64,000 nucleotides of DNA, from the NCBI GenBank assembly GCA_963789955.1, contig CAWBMV010000015.1:32001-96000 (forward strand), in the 5' to 3' direction. The notes under the pieces were generated by a model that was given only the letters and a program-made list of their open reading frames with translations, had not been told where the DNA came from and ran no database searches. A program made the position numbers and the translations under genes. Shown piece after piece: positions 47,115-58,007 of the stretch. This DNA comes from an uncultured Candidatus Rokubacteria bacterium. GTDB lineage: Bacteria > Methylomirabilota > Methylomirabilia > Rokubacteriales > CSP1-6. The stretch's first letter is position 1. Every line of letters starts with the position of its first letter.

Positions 47115-48319
47115 TGATCCGCAACCTGCTCGTTTGCGCCGGCGTGCTCCTGATCGTCGCCGGGTGCGCCACTCCCGCTCCGGCGCCGGCTCCGATTGCG
47201 GCGCCGACCAGCGACACGTCCGAGCGGAGCTTCGACGAGGCGGTGAACGTGGCCACGGACGGCCTGGTGACCCAGCTGCAGCAACGGCCGGGACCTTCGA
47301 CCAAGACGGAAGCCAGGCGAAGCCTGGTGATCGACCCCATGGTCGATGCGGCCTCCGGCCAGCAGACCGCGGCGACCCTCCTCCTCGAGCAACGGGTGGC
47401 GGAGCGGCTCCGCAGCAGCGCCGCGCAGCTCGACGTCGTGCCCTTTCAGGTGCTCAACCTGAGCCAGGCGCAGTATCTGTTGACCGGGACGATGGCGCGC
47501 GTCGCGAGTAGCCAGCCCGGGGCGTCCCAGGTGTTCGAGATCAACCTGGCGGTGACGGATCTGAAGGACGGGATGGTCGTGGCGCAGGCGTCGTCGCGCG
47601 CGCGCGACGAAGGAGTGGATACGAATCCGACGCCGTACTACCGCGACAGTCCCGTCGTGGTGAAGGACCAGGTGGTCGACGGCTACATCGCCACCTCCAA
47701 GACGCCACCCGGTCGCCCGGCTGATCCGGTCTACTTCGAGCGCGTTGCCACGGCGACCGTCGTCAGCGAGGCCACCATCGCCTACAACGGCGGCAACTAT
47801 CAGGACGCCCTCGCGCTCTATCAGACTGCGTCGGCCAAACCAGGAGGCGAGCAGCTGCGGGTGCTCAACGGGATCTACCTCGCCTCGTGGAAGCTCGGCC
47901 GCGCGAACGAGGCGGAGGCGGCGTTCGGTAAGGTCGTCGCGCTCGGATTGAGCAGCAACAACCTCGGCGTGAAGTTCCTGTTCAATCCCGGGACGACCAA
48001 CTTCTGGTCCGACCCGCAAGTCAGCGGGCCGTACGGCTTCTGGTTGCGGCAAATCGCGCGACAGGCGGTGTTGGCGAGAGTCTGTATGAACCTGGTGGGC
48101 CACACGAGCCGGACTGGATCAGTGCCCTACAACGACCGACTCTCTCTGCAGCGCGCCACCTACATCAAGCAGCGCCTCGAAACGGAGGCGCCCCAGCTCG
48201 CCCCGCGGACTCGAGCGTCGGGGATGGGCTTCCGGGAGAATCTCGTGGGCACGGGCACCGACGATGCGCGCGATGCGCTCGATCGGAGGGTCGAGTTCAA
48301 GATCAGCGAGTGCTCATAG
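47111..48319 (+). CDS. Lipoprotein with TPR-like segment and C-terminal OmpA-like domain
   Basis: IVAGC lipobox; VGHTS..G...YNDRLSLQRA...DRRVEF. Confidence 0.85.
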   Translation: MMIRNLLVCAGVLLIVAGCATPAPAPAPIAAPTSDTSERSFDEAVNVATDGLVTQLQQRPGPSTKTEARRSLVIDPMVDAASGQQTAATLLLEQRVAERLRSSAAQLDVVPFQVLNLSQAQYLLTGTMARVASSQPGASQVFEINLAVTDLKDGMVVAQASSRARDEGVDTNPTPYYRDSPVVVKDQVVDGYIATSKTPPGRPADPVYFERVATATVVSEATIAYNGGNYQDALALYQTASAKPGGEQLRVLNGIYLASWKLGRANEAEAAFGKVVALGLSSNNLGVKFLFNPGTTNFWSDPQVSGPYGFWLRQIARQAVLARVCMNLVGHTSRTGSVPYNDRLSLQRATYIKQRLETEAPQLAPRTRASGMGFRENLVGTGTDDARDALDRRVEFKISECS

Positions 48320-48385
48320 TCCTCTAGGTCCTCTAGGCTGTCCGACGGGATACAATCATTCCACCCCCACATCCTGGAGGATGCG

Positions 48386-49009
48386 ATGAGTACAGCGACA
48401 ACCGTGACTCGGGCGCTGCCGGCCGCCTCGCAGCGGATCTCGCCGCAGAAGTTCGCCCACATCGTTCTCAAGACTGCCAACTTCGACGCGGTGATCGCCT
48501 GGTACGCCACCGTGCTGCAGGCGCGGGTGGCCTTCCGCAACGATTTCATCGCGTTCCTGACCTACGACGACGAGCATCACAGGGTTGCCGTCATCAACAT
48601 GCCCGACAGTCCGGCGCCGGAGCCGGCGGCCGCCGGCGTGCACCACATCGCCTACACGTACGCCGATCTGGGTGAGCTCTTGTCGACCTATCGGCGGCTC
48701 AAGGCGAGTGGGATCGAGCCCGCGCGTTGCATCAACCACGGGCCGACGATCTCCATGTACTATCGCGACCCCGACGGCCTGCGCGTCGAGCTGCAGATCG
48801 ATGTCTTCGCCACCATGGACGAGGCGCACGCGTACTTGACGGGCCCGGACTTCGCCGAGAATCCTATCGGCATCATCTTCGATCCGGAGCAGTTGATTCG
48901 AGACTACGAGGCTGGACGGGCCTACGACGACCTGGTGCGGCGCCCGCCGCTCCCGCCGGGCAAGACTCCCATGGACATGCGCGAGGAGACTCCGCGCGGA
49001 ACGCGCTAA
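48386..49009 (+). CDS. VOC/glyoxalase-fold protein
   Basis: AHIVL, FLTYDDEHHR, GVHHIAY, NHGPTISMYYRDPDG..VELQ. Confidence 0.88.
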   Translation: MSTATTVTRALPAASQRISPQKFAHIVLKTANFDAVIAWYATVLQARVAFRNDFIAFLTYDDEHHRVAVINMPDSPAPEPAAAGVHHIAYTYADLGELLSTYRRLKASGIEPARCINHGPTISMYYRDPDGLRVELQIDVFATMDEAHAYLTGPDFAENPIGIIFDPEQLIRDYEAGRAYDDLVRRPPLPPGKTPMDMREETPRGTR

Positions 49010-49569
49010 ACGGGCAGGAGCGGCTCGGTCCGATCCGGCGGCAAGTCGGTGTCGAACGAGTTGATGAGCAGCGCCAGCAGACTGTAGTTCCCCATGACCA
49101 GCGCGAGCTCGACCACTCCCTGGCGGCCGAACTGCTCGAGCGCGGCCTGAAACGCCCCCCGGCTCACGCGACGGGTACGGAAGAATTCGCGGCCGTAGTT
49201 CACCACCGCCGCCTCGTCGGCAGCGAGAGCCGGAAGCTCTTTGCGCTCGCGCAGAGCGTCGACGATCTCACCGCGGACGCCCGCCTTGCGCGCGGAGCCC
49301 GCATGCGCGTTCCAGATGTGCTGGCAATCGAGCTCTCGCGCGGTCACCAGCATGGCGAGCTCCTGGATCTTCTTCGTCAGCGAGGACTCTTCGCGCAGGT
49401 AGTGATTCAGGAGCGTGGCCCACTGGTGCGCCTTCGGCACGTGGATCAGGACGGAACCCGGGCCATAGCGCGGGATCGATCCAAGTCCTTTCACCATTTC
49501 ATCGAAGATCGTCCGCTGCGTTTCGGGGACACTCTCTCTGGTCGCCAGGGGTAGTCTCGCCACGGTCAT
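49006..49569 (-). CDS. Carboxymuconolactone decarboxylase / AhpD-like protein
   Basis: GP..VL.H.P, ELA.LVTARE, W.AH...AR.AG, GVVEL...MG.Y. Confidence 0.85.
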   Translation of the reverse strand: MTVARLPLATRESVPETQRTIFDEMVKGLGSIPRYGPGSVLIHVPKAHQWATLLNHYLREESSLTKKIQELAMLVTARELDCQHIWNAHAGSARKAGVRGEIVDALRERKELPALAADEAAVVNYGREFFRTRRVSRGAFQAALEQFGRQGVVELALVMGNYSLLALLINSFDTDLPPDRTEPLLPV

Positions 49570-49597
49570 CTCCAGTTCGTGGGATTGGGTCTCGGCT

Positions 49598-50809
49598 TCA
49601 GCCGGAAAGCGTGTCGTAGTGATGCGACTTGCTGATCACGTCCTTCGCGTACAGGCCGGCGATCTCTTCTTCGGAGTAGCCCAGGAGGCCTAGCACCTCG
49701 TCGTTGTGCTCGCCCACCTTGGGTGTCGAGCCGACGACGGCGGGCGTGCGGCTGAAGTGCCAGAAGTCACCGGAGACGGCGATCGTGCCGGCCAGGAAAT
49801 CGGGGACCTCGACCATCGCCCGTCGTTCCCAGGGATGGGGATCCTGAGCGGCCTGCGCGATGGTGTTCACCGGCGCGGCGACGACGTCGTGCTTCGTGAA
49901 GTGGGCGATGGCATCCTTCATCGTCATCGTGCCCATCAGCGCGCGCATCGCCTCGTTCACGATCTCGGCGTGCTTGCCACGCTCGCGGCGGGTGATGAAG
50001 CGCGGATCCTCCTGCCACTCGGGCTTCCCCAGGGCGGCGCATACGCGATGCCAGTGATGCTGATCGCCGGCCGCGATCAGGACCCAGCCGTTCTTGCAGG
50101 GGTACATGCCGCTGGGCGGCGCATCGGACTTGCCCCGCTGCGGCTCGGTTCCGGCGCCGTGATAGGCGGTGATGGGAATCTCGGTCATGCTGTAGCCGGA
50201 GTCGGCCAGGCACACGTCGATGCTCTGCCCCTCGCCCGAGATGCTGCGCTCGAGGAGGGCCGCCAGGGTGCCGATCGCGGAGTGCAGCGCGGTGGTGCGG
50301 TCGATGATGGGAACGCCCGCGCGAATCGGCGGCATGCCGTCCTCGCCGGTGACCATCGCGACGCCGGACATGGTCTGGCCGATGGGGTCGTAGCCGATCT
50401 GGTCTTTGTAGGGACCGAATTGCCCGTACGCGGAGACGTTGACCATGATGATGCGGGGGTTCAGCGCCTTCAGCACGTCGTACCCGAAGCCCATCTCTTC
50501 GATGGTCCCAGGTCGGAAATTCTGCACGAGCACATCGGAGGCCTTGATCAGCTTGCGCAGGACGGTCTTCGCTTCCTCGCGGCGCAAGTCCATGCTCACG
50601 CTCTTCTTGCCGCTGTTGTACTGAACCCAGTACGCGCTTTGCTTGCGCACCCACGGTGCGTGGTACCGGGTTTCCTCGCCGCCCAGCCGCTCGATCTTGA
50701 TGACCTCCGCCCCCAGGCGGGCGAGCACCTGGGCGCAGCGGGGTCCGGCCTGATGGCGGCCCAGGTCGATCACGCGGATACCGTGCAGCGGCCCCTTACC
50801 ATCTGTCAT
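49598..50809 (-). CDS. Family III (CaiB/BaiF) CoA-transferase
   Basis: AGP....LA.LGAEVIKIE, NSGKKS, NFRPG, GVPIID. Confidence 0.9.
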   Translation of the reverse strand: MTDGKGPLHGIRVIDLGRHQAGPRCAQVLARLGAEVIKIERLGGEETRYHAPWVRKQSAYWVQYNSGKKSVSMDLRREEAKTVLRKLIKASDVLVQNFRPGTIEEMGFGYDVLKALNPRIIMVNVSAYGQFGPYKDQIGYDPIGQTMSGVAMVTGEDGMPPIRAGVPIIDRTTALHSAIGTLAALLERSISGEGQSIDVCLADSGYSMTEIPITAYHGAGTEPQRGKSDAPPSGMYPCKNGWVLIAAGDQHHWHRVCAALGKPEWQEDPRFITRRERGKHAEIVNEAMRALMGTMTMKDAIAHFTKHDVVAAPVNTIAQAAQDPHPWERRAMVEVPDFLAGTIAVSGDFWHFSRTPAVVGSTPKVGEHNDEVLGLLGYSEEEIAGLYAKDVISKSHHYDTLSG

Positions 50810-50837
50810 CGCGTCACTCCTTCTCTCCGACGGTCGA

Positions 50838-51785
50838 CTAGAAGACGATCACGAGCCGCCCTCGAGTTCCGCCCGCGGCCATCTTGCGCTGCGCGTCCGC
50901 GGCGCGCTCGGGCGGGAACGTCTCGGCCACCCGCAAGGTGAGCCGGCCTTCGGCGACGAGACGGCCCAGACGATCGAGCGCTTCGTGGTTGTGCACGTAC
51001 GAAGCGACCCGTACCGGCTCGATCGTGATGGCTCGCTCGGACGGCCCGGCGAAGCCGCGCACGGTCGCCAGCTTGCCGCCATCACGGATCGCGGGCAGGG
51101 CGGTGGCGTCGAGCACCGCCGCGTCGATCAGTCCATCGACACCCCCGGGAGCCGCGTCGTAGAGGCCACGGATCGCGGCGTCGCCGCTGGGTATGAAGGT
51201 CTTCGCGCCGAAGCGCTTCACCAGCGCTTCGTCTTGAGATCGCGCCACCGCGATCACGCGCAGGCCTTCGCTGACGCCGAGCTCGACCGCGTAGCCGCCG
51301 ACGGCGCCGGCTGCGCCCGTGACCCCGAGGGTCTGTCCCGGCTTGAGCGCGAGACGGTCAAGGGCGAGGCGTACCGTCAGCCCGTTCATCGGCAGAGTCG
51401 CGGCGGCTTCCAGAGTCGTCCCCTCGGGCACGCGGGCAACGGACGCGGCCGGAACGACCACGAGCTCGGCCTGCGCGCCGCCGCCCGGACGTCGCGGATT
51501 GACGATCGCCATCACACGGTCGCCAGGGCGCCAGCTCGTGCCCTCGCCGACGGCGTCCACCACTCCGGCCAGCTCCATGCCGGGGATGTAAGGTGGCAGC
51601 ACCCCCATCTCGGCCAGCTGGGCGGTGGTCAGCTGCCGTCCGCTGCGGAAGCTGATGTCGGTGGGGTTGACCGTCGCCGCCGCGACACGGATGCGCACCT
51701 CGCCGGGGCCGGGCTGCGGCTCAGGCAGGTCCGACAGTTCTAGTACTTCGGGACCACCCAATCGGGAAAAGGTCACGGCTCGCAT
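50838..51785 (-). CDS. NADPH:quinone oxidoreductase-like MDR protein
   Basis: GGPEVL, VNPTD, PGMELAG, GAAGAVGG, RGRLVI. Confidence 0.88.
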   Translation of the reverse strand: MRAVTFSRLGGPEVLELSDLPEPQPGPGEVRIRVAAATVNPTDISFRSGRQLTTAQLAEMGVLPPYIPGMELAGVVDAVGEGTSWRPGDRVMAIVNPRRPGGGAQAELVVVPAASVARVPEGTTLEAAATLPMNGLTVRLALDRLALKPGQTLGVTGAAGAVGGYAVELGVSEGLRVIAVARSQDEALVKRFGAKTFIPSGDAAIRGLYDAAPGGVDGLIDAAVLDATALPAIRDGGKLATVRGFAGPSERAITIEPVRVASYVHNHEALDRLGRLVAEGRLTLRVAETFPPERAADAQRKMAAGGTRGRLVIVF

Positions 51786-51799
51786 GTGTGGCCTCCGCG

Positions 51800-53194
51800 T
51801 CACTCCATCGTCCGAACGTTGGGCGCGACCGCGATCTCCATCTCTGTCAGCGCGATCACGTCCTTGGGCGTGAACCCGGGCGCCACGGCGTCGAGGACGA
51901 AGCGGTCCTTGTCCCAGCGCAGCAGCGCCAGATCGGTCACCACGTAGCTGACGCACGCTTTGCCGGTCAGCGGGTAGGTGCATTTCCGCCGTAGCTTCGG
52001 GCGGCCCTTGCTGTCGACGTGCTCCATCACGATGATCAGGTCGCCCTTGCCGGACAGCAGGTCCATCGCGCCGCCGATGCCGCCGCGCTTGGCGTCGGCC
52101 GTGCTCCAGTTCGCGACGCTGCCGTGCTCGTCGACTTCGTAGGCCCCGAGGATGACGGTGTCGATCTGGCCGCCGCGCGCCATCTCGAATGAGGTGACGC
52201 TGTCGAAGAACGACGCGCCGCGGTTCAGCGCGACGAACTGGCCGGCGGCGTTGTAGATGTCCGGATCGATCTCGTTCTCGTCCGAGACCATCCGGCCGTA
52301 GCCGAGGACGCCGTTCTCGGCGTGCAGGATCACGTCGCGACCCTCGAGATAGTTCGACACCATCGTGGGGATGCCGACGCCGAGATTCACGTAGGTGCCT
52401 TCCTTGACGAGCTTGGCCGCGTTCCTCGCGATGCCTTCGCGCGTCAGCGCCGGCTTGCCGTCGTAGAGGCGCGGCTGGTCCGCGGGGCGTCGCGCCGGCC
52501 GACGCCAGGCCTTGCCGTCGACCACGTGCGTCGTCTTGACGACGCGCGACACGAAGATCCCGGGCAGATCGATCAGCTCGGGCGCGATCTCGCCGGGCTC
52601 GACGATCTCGTCCACTTCGACGATCGCGACCCGCGCGGCCTTGGCGAAGCTCGGATTGAAATTCTGGCTCCCGCCGCGGAACTGGACGTTGCCGAGACGG
52701 TCCGCGCGGTAGCCTCGCAGCAGGGCGTAGTCCACATGGATCGCGTGTTCGAGGACGTGGCGCTTGCCCTCGAACTCGCGGATCTCCCGTCCCGTCGCGA
52801 GGTCGGTGTCGACACCGGTCGGCGAGTAGAACGCCGGGATTCCGGCGCCGCCCGCGCGGCAGCGCTCGACCAGGATGCCCTGGGGAACCAGCTCGACCTC
52901 CATCTTGCCGGCCGCGATCTGCTCCTCGCTCGCGGTCGGCGTGCCCGGCCGCACGGAGAACGCCGCGATCAGCTTCTTCACCTGGTTGTTCTCGGCGAGG
53001 ATCTGACCGCGGGTCGCGCCGGCGTCGCCGAGCGAATTGCAGACGAGGGTCAGATCTTTCGTTTTCTGATCGCGCAGGGCGCAAATCAGGGCCGTCGCAA
53101 ACCGGTGCGCGACGCCGAACCCGGCGATGGCCACCGTCGCGCCGTCGGGGATGTCCGCGACGGCCTGCTCGGGCGAGGCAACGATCTTGTTCAT
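51800..53194 (-). CDS. Family I 3-oxoacid CoA-transferase, fused A+B subunits
   Basis: PQG.L.ER.RAGGAGIPAFY, VNLGVGIPT, AENG, GIGGAMDL, CTYPLT. Confidence 0.92.
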   Translation of the reverse strand: MNKIVASPEQAVADIPDGATVAIAGFGVAHRFATALICALRDQKTKDLTLVCNSLGDAGATRGQILAENNQVKKLIAAFSVRPGTPTASEEQIAAGKMEVELVPQGILVERCRAGGAGIPAFYSPTGVDTDLATGREIREFEGKRHVLEHAIHVDYALLRGYRADRLGNVQFRGGSQNFNPSFAKAARVAIVEVDEIVEPGEIAPELIDLPGIFVSRVVKTTHVVDGKAWRRPARRPADQPRLYDGKPALTREGIARNAAKLVKEGTYVNLGVGIPTMVSNYLEGRDVILHAENGVLGYGRMVSDENEIDPDIYNAAGQFVALNRGASFFDSVTSFEMARGGQIDTVILGAYEVDEHGSVANWSTADAKRGGIGGAMDLLSGKGDLIIVMEHVDSKGRPKLRRKCTYPLTGKACVSYVVTDLALLRWDKDRFVLDAVAPGFTPKDVIALTEMEIAVAPNVRTME

Positions 53195-53236
53195 GGCGGT
53201 CTCACCTCTCGAGGTTGGTAGAGCTCGAGTAGATCA

Positions 53237-55209
53237 TCACGGCAGCGCGAACGCGACGATATAGTCGCCGGGCTTCGTCCTCAAAGCGGTGTGCCCACCG
53301 GCGGCGATCACGACGAACTGTTTGCCGCTCGGCGCACGGTACGTCATCGGCGTCGCCTGCGCGCTCGCCGGCAGCTCACCGCTCCAGAGCACTGTTCCCG
53401 GTCTCGATGTCGAAGGCGCGCAACGTCGTGTCGCGCGCCGCGCCGATGAAGATCAGTCCGCTCGCGGTCGTGAGGGCGCCGCCGACAGTTCGACCGAGCC
53501 CTGGAATCGTCGGCAGCTCCGGCGACGTGCCGAGCGGCACTTCCCAGCGGACGTCGCCGGTCGCGAGATCGACGGCGGTCAGCGCGCCCCACGGCGGCGG
53601 GTTGCACGGCAGGCCGCCCGGCGACGACCAGCGCCTCGCGATACATCCCGTAGGGCGTGCCGCGCTGCGGAGCGAACTCGCGGCCCGGGCGCGCGGCCGC
53701 GGCGCGCTCCGCGCTGGTACCGGTCGCGCGGAACCAGCGTGACCACGAACGCGAGGCGATTCGTGGCGGCGATCAGCAGCCCGCGCACCGGATCGTACGA
53801 GACGCTGCCCCAGTTCATCGCCGCCGACGTAGCCGGGAAAGATGACGGTGCCCTCGAAGCTCGGCGGCGTGAAGATGCCCTCGGACCGCAGCCGCGAGAT
53901 CCGCGCGCGACACGCATCGCGCTCGTCCGGCGTCAGTCCCCACGCATCGTCCGCGGTGAGGCGCGCGGGCACCGAGCGGGCGAGGCCGGATCGGAAACGG
54001 CTGCGTCGGTGACGCTTCCTCCCCGGGCACGGTGCTCTTCGGGACGGCGCGCTCCTCGACGGGAAAGAGCGGCGCGCCGGTGTCGCGATGCAGGACGAAG
54101 ACGTGGCCCATCTTGGTCGCGACGACGACGGCGGGAACGGGCTTCCCCTCCCGAGTCACGTTGACGAGGACGGGCTGAGCGGGCACGTCGTAGTCCCACA
54201 GGTCGTGATGCACGACCTGGAAGTGCCAGACGACGTCGCCCGTCGCCGCCCGTAGCGCCACCACCGAGTTCGCGTAGACGTTCGCGCCGAGCCGCTCGCC
54301 GCCGTAGAAGTCGGGGCTCGGGCTGCTCGTGGGGACGAAGACGAGCCCGCGTTCCGCATCGACCGACATCACCGACCACACGTTGGCCGCGCCGGTACGG
54401 CGCCAGCTGTCGCCGGCCCACGTCGCGCGCGCGGGATCCGACTCGCGCGTCGGGATCGGATCCCAGCTCCAGCGGAGCGCGCCGCTGCGCGCGTCGTACG
54501 CGCGGACGACGCCGCGCTCGAGGTCCGCGGCGCGGTTGTCGCCGATCGAGGAGCCGACGACCACGAGCCCGTTCACGATCGCCGGCGGCGACGTCACCTG
54601 ATAGCAGCGGCAATCGTCGAGGACGTCGATGCCCTCCGTGAGGTCGACCGTGCCGCCGCGGCCGAAGTCGGCGCACGGCGCCCCGGTCGCCGCGTCGAGG
54701 GCGACGAGCCGCGCGTCGATGGTGCCGAGGAAGATGCGACGGCGACACGCGCGGTCGGCGCGAGCCTCGACATCGAGCCACGTGGAGACGCCCCGCGACG
54801 TGGCGATCGCGACGCGGCGCGTGCGATCGACCTTCGCGTCCCAGGCCCAGCGTTCGTTCCCGGTCTCGGCGTCGAGCGCGATCACGCGGTTGTACGGCGT
54901 GCTGAAGAAGAGCGTGCCGTCCACCATGAGCGGCGTGGCCTCGAAGGCGTAGTGCGCCCAGGGGCCCGGCACGCCGACGGTCTCGCCCGTCCGGTAGGTC
55001 CACGCGACGCGCAGGCGCGCGACGTTCTCACGGTCGATCTGGGTCAGCGGCGAGTAGCGGGTGCCGCCGGCGTCGTTGCCGTAGCTCGGCCACTCGCCGC
55101 GCGAGACGGAATCGCCGCGCAGCGCGGGCAGGCAGCCGGCGAGCAGCAGTGTGACGATCGCGAGCGAGCCGATGCTCGAGGTCAGACGAGCGCGAAGGCT
55201 ACGAGGCAC
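53237..55209 (-). CDS. PQQ-dependent glucose/quinate-type dehydrogenase, lipoprotein-anchored (frameshifted)
   Basis: LLAGC, RYSPLTQI...NV, EATPL, HHDLWDYD, SPTQP, PPWG, ATPMTY, IVAFALP. Confidence 0.9.
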
Positions 55210-56611
55210 GCGCCGGCCACACCGGCTCGTTGTGGCCGAGCGGAACCGACGGCCGGGCCCAGCGCGGCGCGGTCTCGGACATGCGCAGCACGGGTCCGAG
55301 ATGACGCAGGCGGCCGACCGGCGTCTCGCTCGTGATCGACCAGCGCTCGAGCTCCGACGGGGTGAACTCCTTCGCCACGTCCTGGAGCTCGGCCTCGGGC
55401 ACCTGACCGCGCCCGACGAGCCAGCGCCCGGTCTGCGCGAGCGAGATCCGCACGAGCCAGCTGCCGCCCTCGCGGGCCCGGCGCGCGAGCGCGACCATCG
55501 CGCCGAAGGCCATGAGATAGCCGGTCAGATAGTCGATCGCCGACACCGGATAGAACTGCGGACCCGGCGCCGAGCCGGGAAAGAGATCACCCTGGCGGCT
55601 CGTGATGCCGCTGACCGTCTGCACCACCGTGTCGAAGCCCCGCCGTGACGCCCACGGTCCGACGTGGCCGAAGGCGCACAGCGAGACGAAGACGATCCCG
55701 GGGCGCAGCTTCGCGAGTGTCTCGGGCGAGAACCCGCGAGTGCCGAGCGTTCCCGGGCGATACCCCTGCGAGAAGACGTCGGTCTCGCGCACCAGCCCGC
55801 GCAAGATCTCGACGTCCTTCGGCTCGCGCAGATCCAGGTGGGCGGAGAGCTTGCCGTGGCCGGTGTCGTATTCCTGGTAACCGATGTTCGGCAGGTGCGC
55901 CCCGGTGATCTTCAGGACGTCGGCGCCGTGCTCGGCCAGGGTGCGGGCGCACGTCGGCCCGGCGAGGACGCGCGTCAGGTCGAGCACGCGGATGCCCGAC
56001 AGCGGGCGATCCCCGGCGGGCAGTTTCTCCGGCGAGCTCTCGCCGATCTTGACGATCTCCATCAGCGGCAGCGAAGCGATCGCGGCGGCCTGCGGGTGCT
56101 TGGCCCATTCGTCCATCGTGCGCACCATGCCGCCGGCGCCCTTCGCGGCGATGATCGCTTCCTCGAGCTCGAGCGCGTCCCACTGCGCGACCGCCTTGCG
56201 GACCGCCTCGCGGTCTTCCGGCACGCCGAGCACGCTCAGAGCGGCGGCGCGATGGTTCGGAAAATTGCAGTGCAGGTAGCTCCAGCGGCCGTTCTTGGCT
56301 GGATAGACGCCCATCACCGTGTTGCGCTCGGTCGACACGTGCGCGCCGTCCATCTTCAAGTAGTGCCCGCTGCGGAGCGACGCCGTCGCCTGGCGGGTGT
56401 CGACCGCGATCTCCTGGCGCCGCCCGGTGCGCAGCGCCCACAGATCGGAGACCGCGAGGCCGACGGCCGCGAGCGCGGCGGCGCTGGTGTCGCCGATGCG
56501 GAACGGCGTCGGCAAGATCGGATCGGTGCCGCCGGTGATCTCGACTTCGCGGGCACGGTCGTCGCCCCAGCCGGCCACCGGCAAGATCGTGCGCAGTGCA
56601 TCGTTGGTCAT
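55199..56611 (-). CDS. Family III CoA-transferase-like protein with duplicated architecture
   Basis: Degenerate N-terminal half, then PLSGIRVLDLTRVLAGP, RRGFD, AIDY. Confidence 0.85.
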   Translation of the reverse strand: MTNDALRTILPVAGWGDDRAREVEITGGTDPILPTPFRIGDTSAAALAAVGLAVSDLWALRTGRRQEIAVDTRQATASLRSGHYLKMDGAHVSTERNTVMGVYPAKNGRWSYLHCNFPNHRAAALSVLGVPEDREAVRKAVAQWDALELEEAIIAAKGAGGMVRTMDEWAKHPQAAAIASLPLMEIVKIGESSPEKLPAGDRPLSGIRVLDLTRVLAGPTCARTLAEHGADVLKITGAHLPNIGYQEYDTGHGKLSAHLDLREPKDVEILRGLVRETDVFSQGYRPGTLGTRGFSPETLAKLRPGIVFVSLCAFGHVGPWASRRGFDTVVQTVSGITSRQGDLFPGSAPGPQFYPVSAIDYLTGYLMAFGAMVALARRAREGGSWLVRISLAQTGRWLVGRGQVPEAELQDVAKEFTPSELERWSITSETPVGRLRHLGPVLRMSETAPRWARPSVPLGHNEPVWPARAS

Positions 56612-56620
56612 GGTCAGCCT

Positions 56621-57179
56621 CTACGCCGTCAGCGGCTTTTCCGTGGCGTGTGCCGGCGCTTCCAGCTCATAGGTGTTCATGTTGTACGCGAGTACCGCGT
56701 AGCACGCGACCAGATTCGTCAAGGTCATGGCTCCGCGCTGACCGAAGCGCGCCGTCGCGGCGTCGAACGTGGGCCGGCTCACCTTGCGATGCTGGAGCAG
56801 CTCGCGGGTGAAGTCGATGACGGTTTGCTCGTCCGGGTCGAGGTTCACGAGCGGGCGCTTGTCGCGAATGTTGTCGACGATGTCGCCGCGCAGGCCGGCC
56901 TGCCGGGCGGCGGCGGCGTGTGCATACCAGATGAAGGCGCAGCCCATCTCGGCGGCGACGGAGATCATGACCAGCTCCTGAAGCCGCTGCGGCAGGCTGG
57001 CCTCGTCGCGAATGTAGGTTCGCAGACGCCTCGAGTCGCTGCGCCATCTCCGGCATGTGCAGCAGCAGCGAGTAGGGACCGATGTTTGGACGGCCCGCGC
57101 GGCTCAGCATGAAGGCGTCGTACGCGGGTTTTTCTTTCTCGGCGATCTGATCTCGCGTGACGAGCGGTATACGAGCCAT
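56621..57179 (-). CDS. Carboxymuconolactone decarboxylase / AhpD-like protein (one frameshift)
   Basis: GPYSLLLHMP, WYAHA..AR.AG; paralogue of 49006..49569. Confidence 0.82.
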
Positions 57180-57194
57180 GAATTCTCCCTTGAG

Positions 57195-57979
57195 TTACTG
57201 GCCGGCGGAGGTCGCCGCCTGCCGCATCTTCTGTAGATAGGCCTCGCTGCTCTGCTGGAGCAGTCGGCCCACGGTGCTGTGGAAGTACTGCACGCCCAGG
57301 CCCAGAAACTTCGGGATGAGATTGTCCGGGCAGCTGCATCCGGCGATCCGCCCGGCGCCGGTGATCGTCTTCACGCCGCGCTCCATCATGTTCTGCACGT
57401 CCGGATGCGTCGGCTGCCCCGTGTAACCCATCGATTGCGAGAGGTCGCCGGAGCCGATGAAGTAGACGTCGACACCCGGCACGGTGACCAGCTCGGGCAG
57501 GTTGTCGATCGCCTCGACTTCCTCGAGCATCAAGCACACCAAGGTCTGGCGGTTGGCTTCCTTCGGCGTAGTCCGCGGTGGTGCCCTTGAATCCGTAGCC
57601 GGCGGGCCGGCCGCCGCTGAAAATACCGCGGTGCCCCTCCGGCGCGTACTTCACCGCGTCGACGGCGGCCCGGGCTTCGGCGGCCGTGTTGACGTGAGGA
57701 ACCTGCACGCCCCAGGCGCCCCGATCCAGGAACGGCGCGATGATCTCGGGCTTGTTGCCGACCGGGCGCACGATCGGCGCCATCCCGGTGAGCTCGGCGG
57801 CGGCGATGCACGCCTCGGCGGTGTCGACGGTGATGGAGCCGTGCTCGTTGTCGAGCAGGATCCAGTCGAAGCCGAGGTGGCCGAGCATCTCCACCACGGC
57901 CGGTGAGGGGAAGGTGCACATGACGCCGAAGGCGGCCTTGGCCGGCGTAGAGCCTGTGCTTGAGCGTGTTCTCTCGCAT
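57195..57979 (-). CDS. HpcH/HpaI class II pyruvate aldolase family (frameshifted)
   Basis: GFDWILLDNEHG, LDRGAWG..VPHV, KYAPEG.RG, FIGSGDLS. Confidence 0.88.
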
Positions 57980-58007
57980 GGCCGGGAGTATACGCCGCGA
58001 GCGCGGC

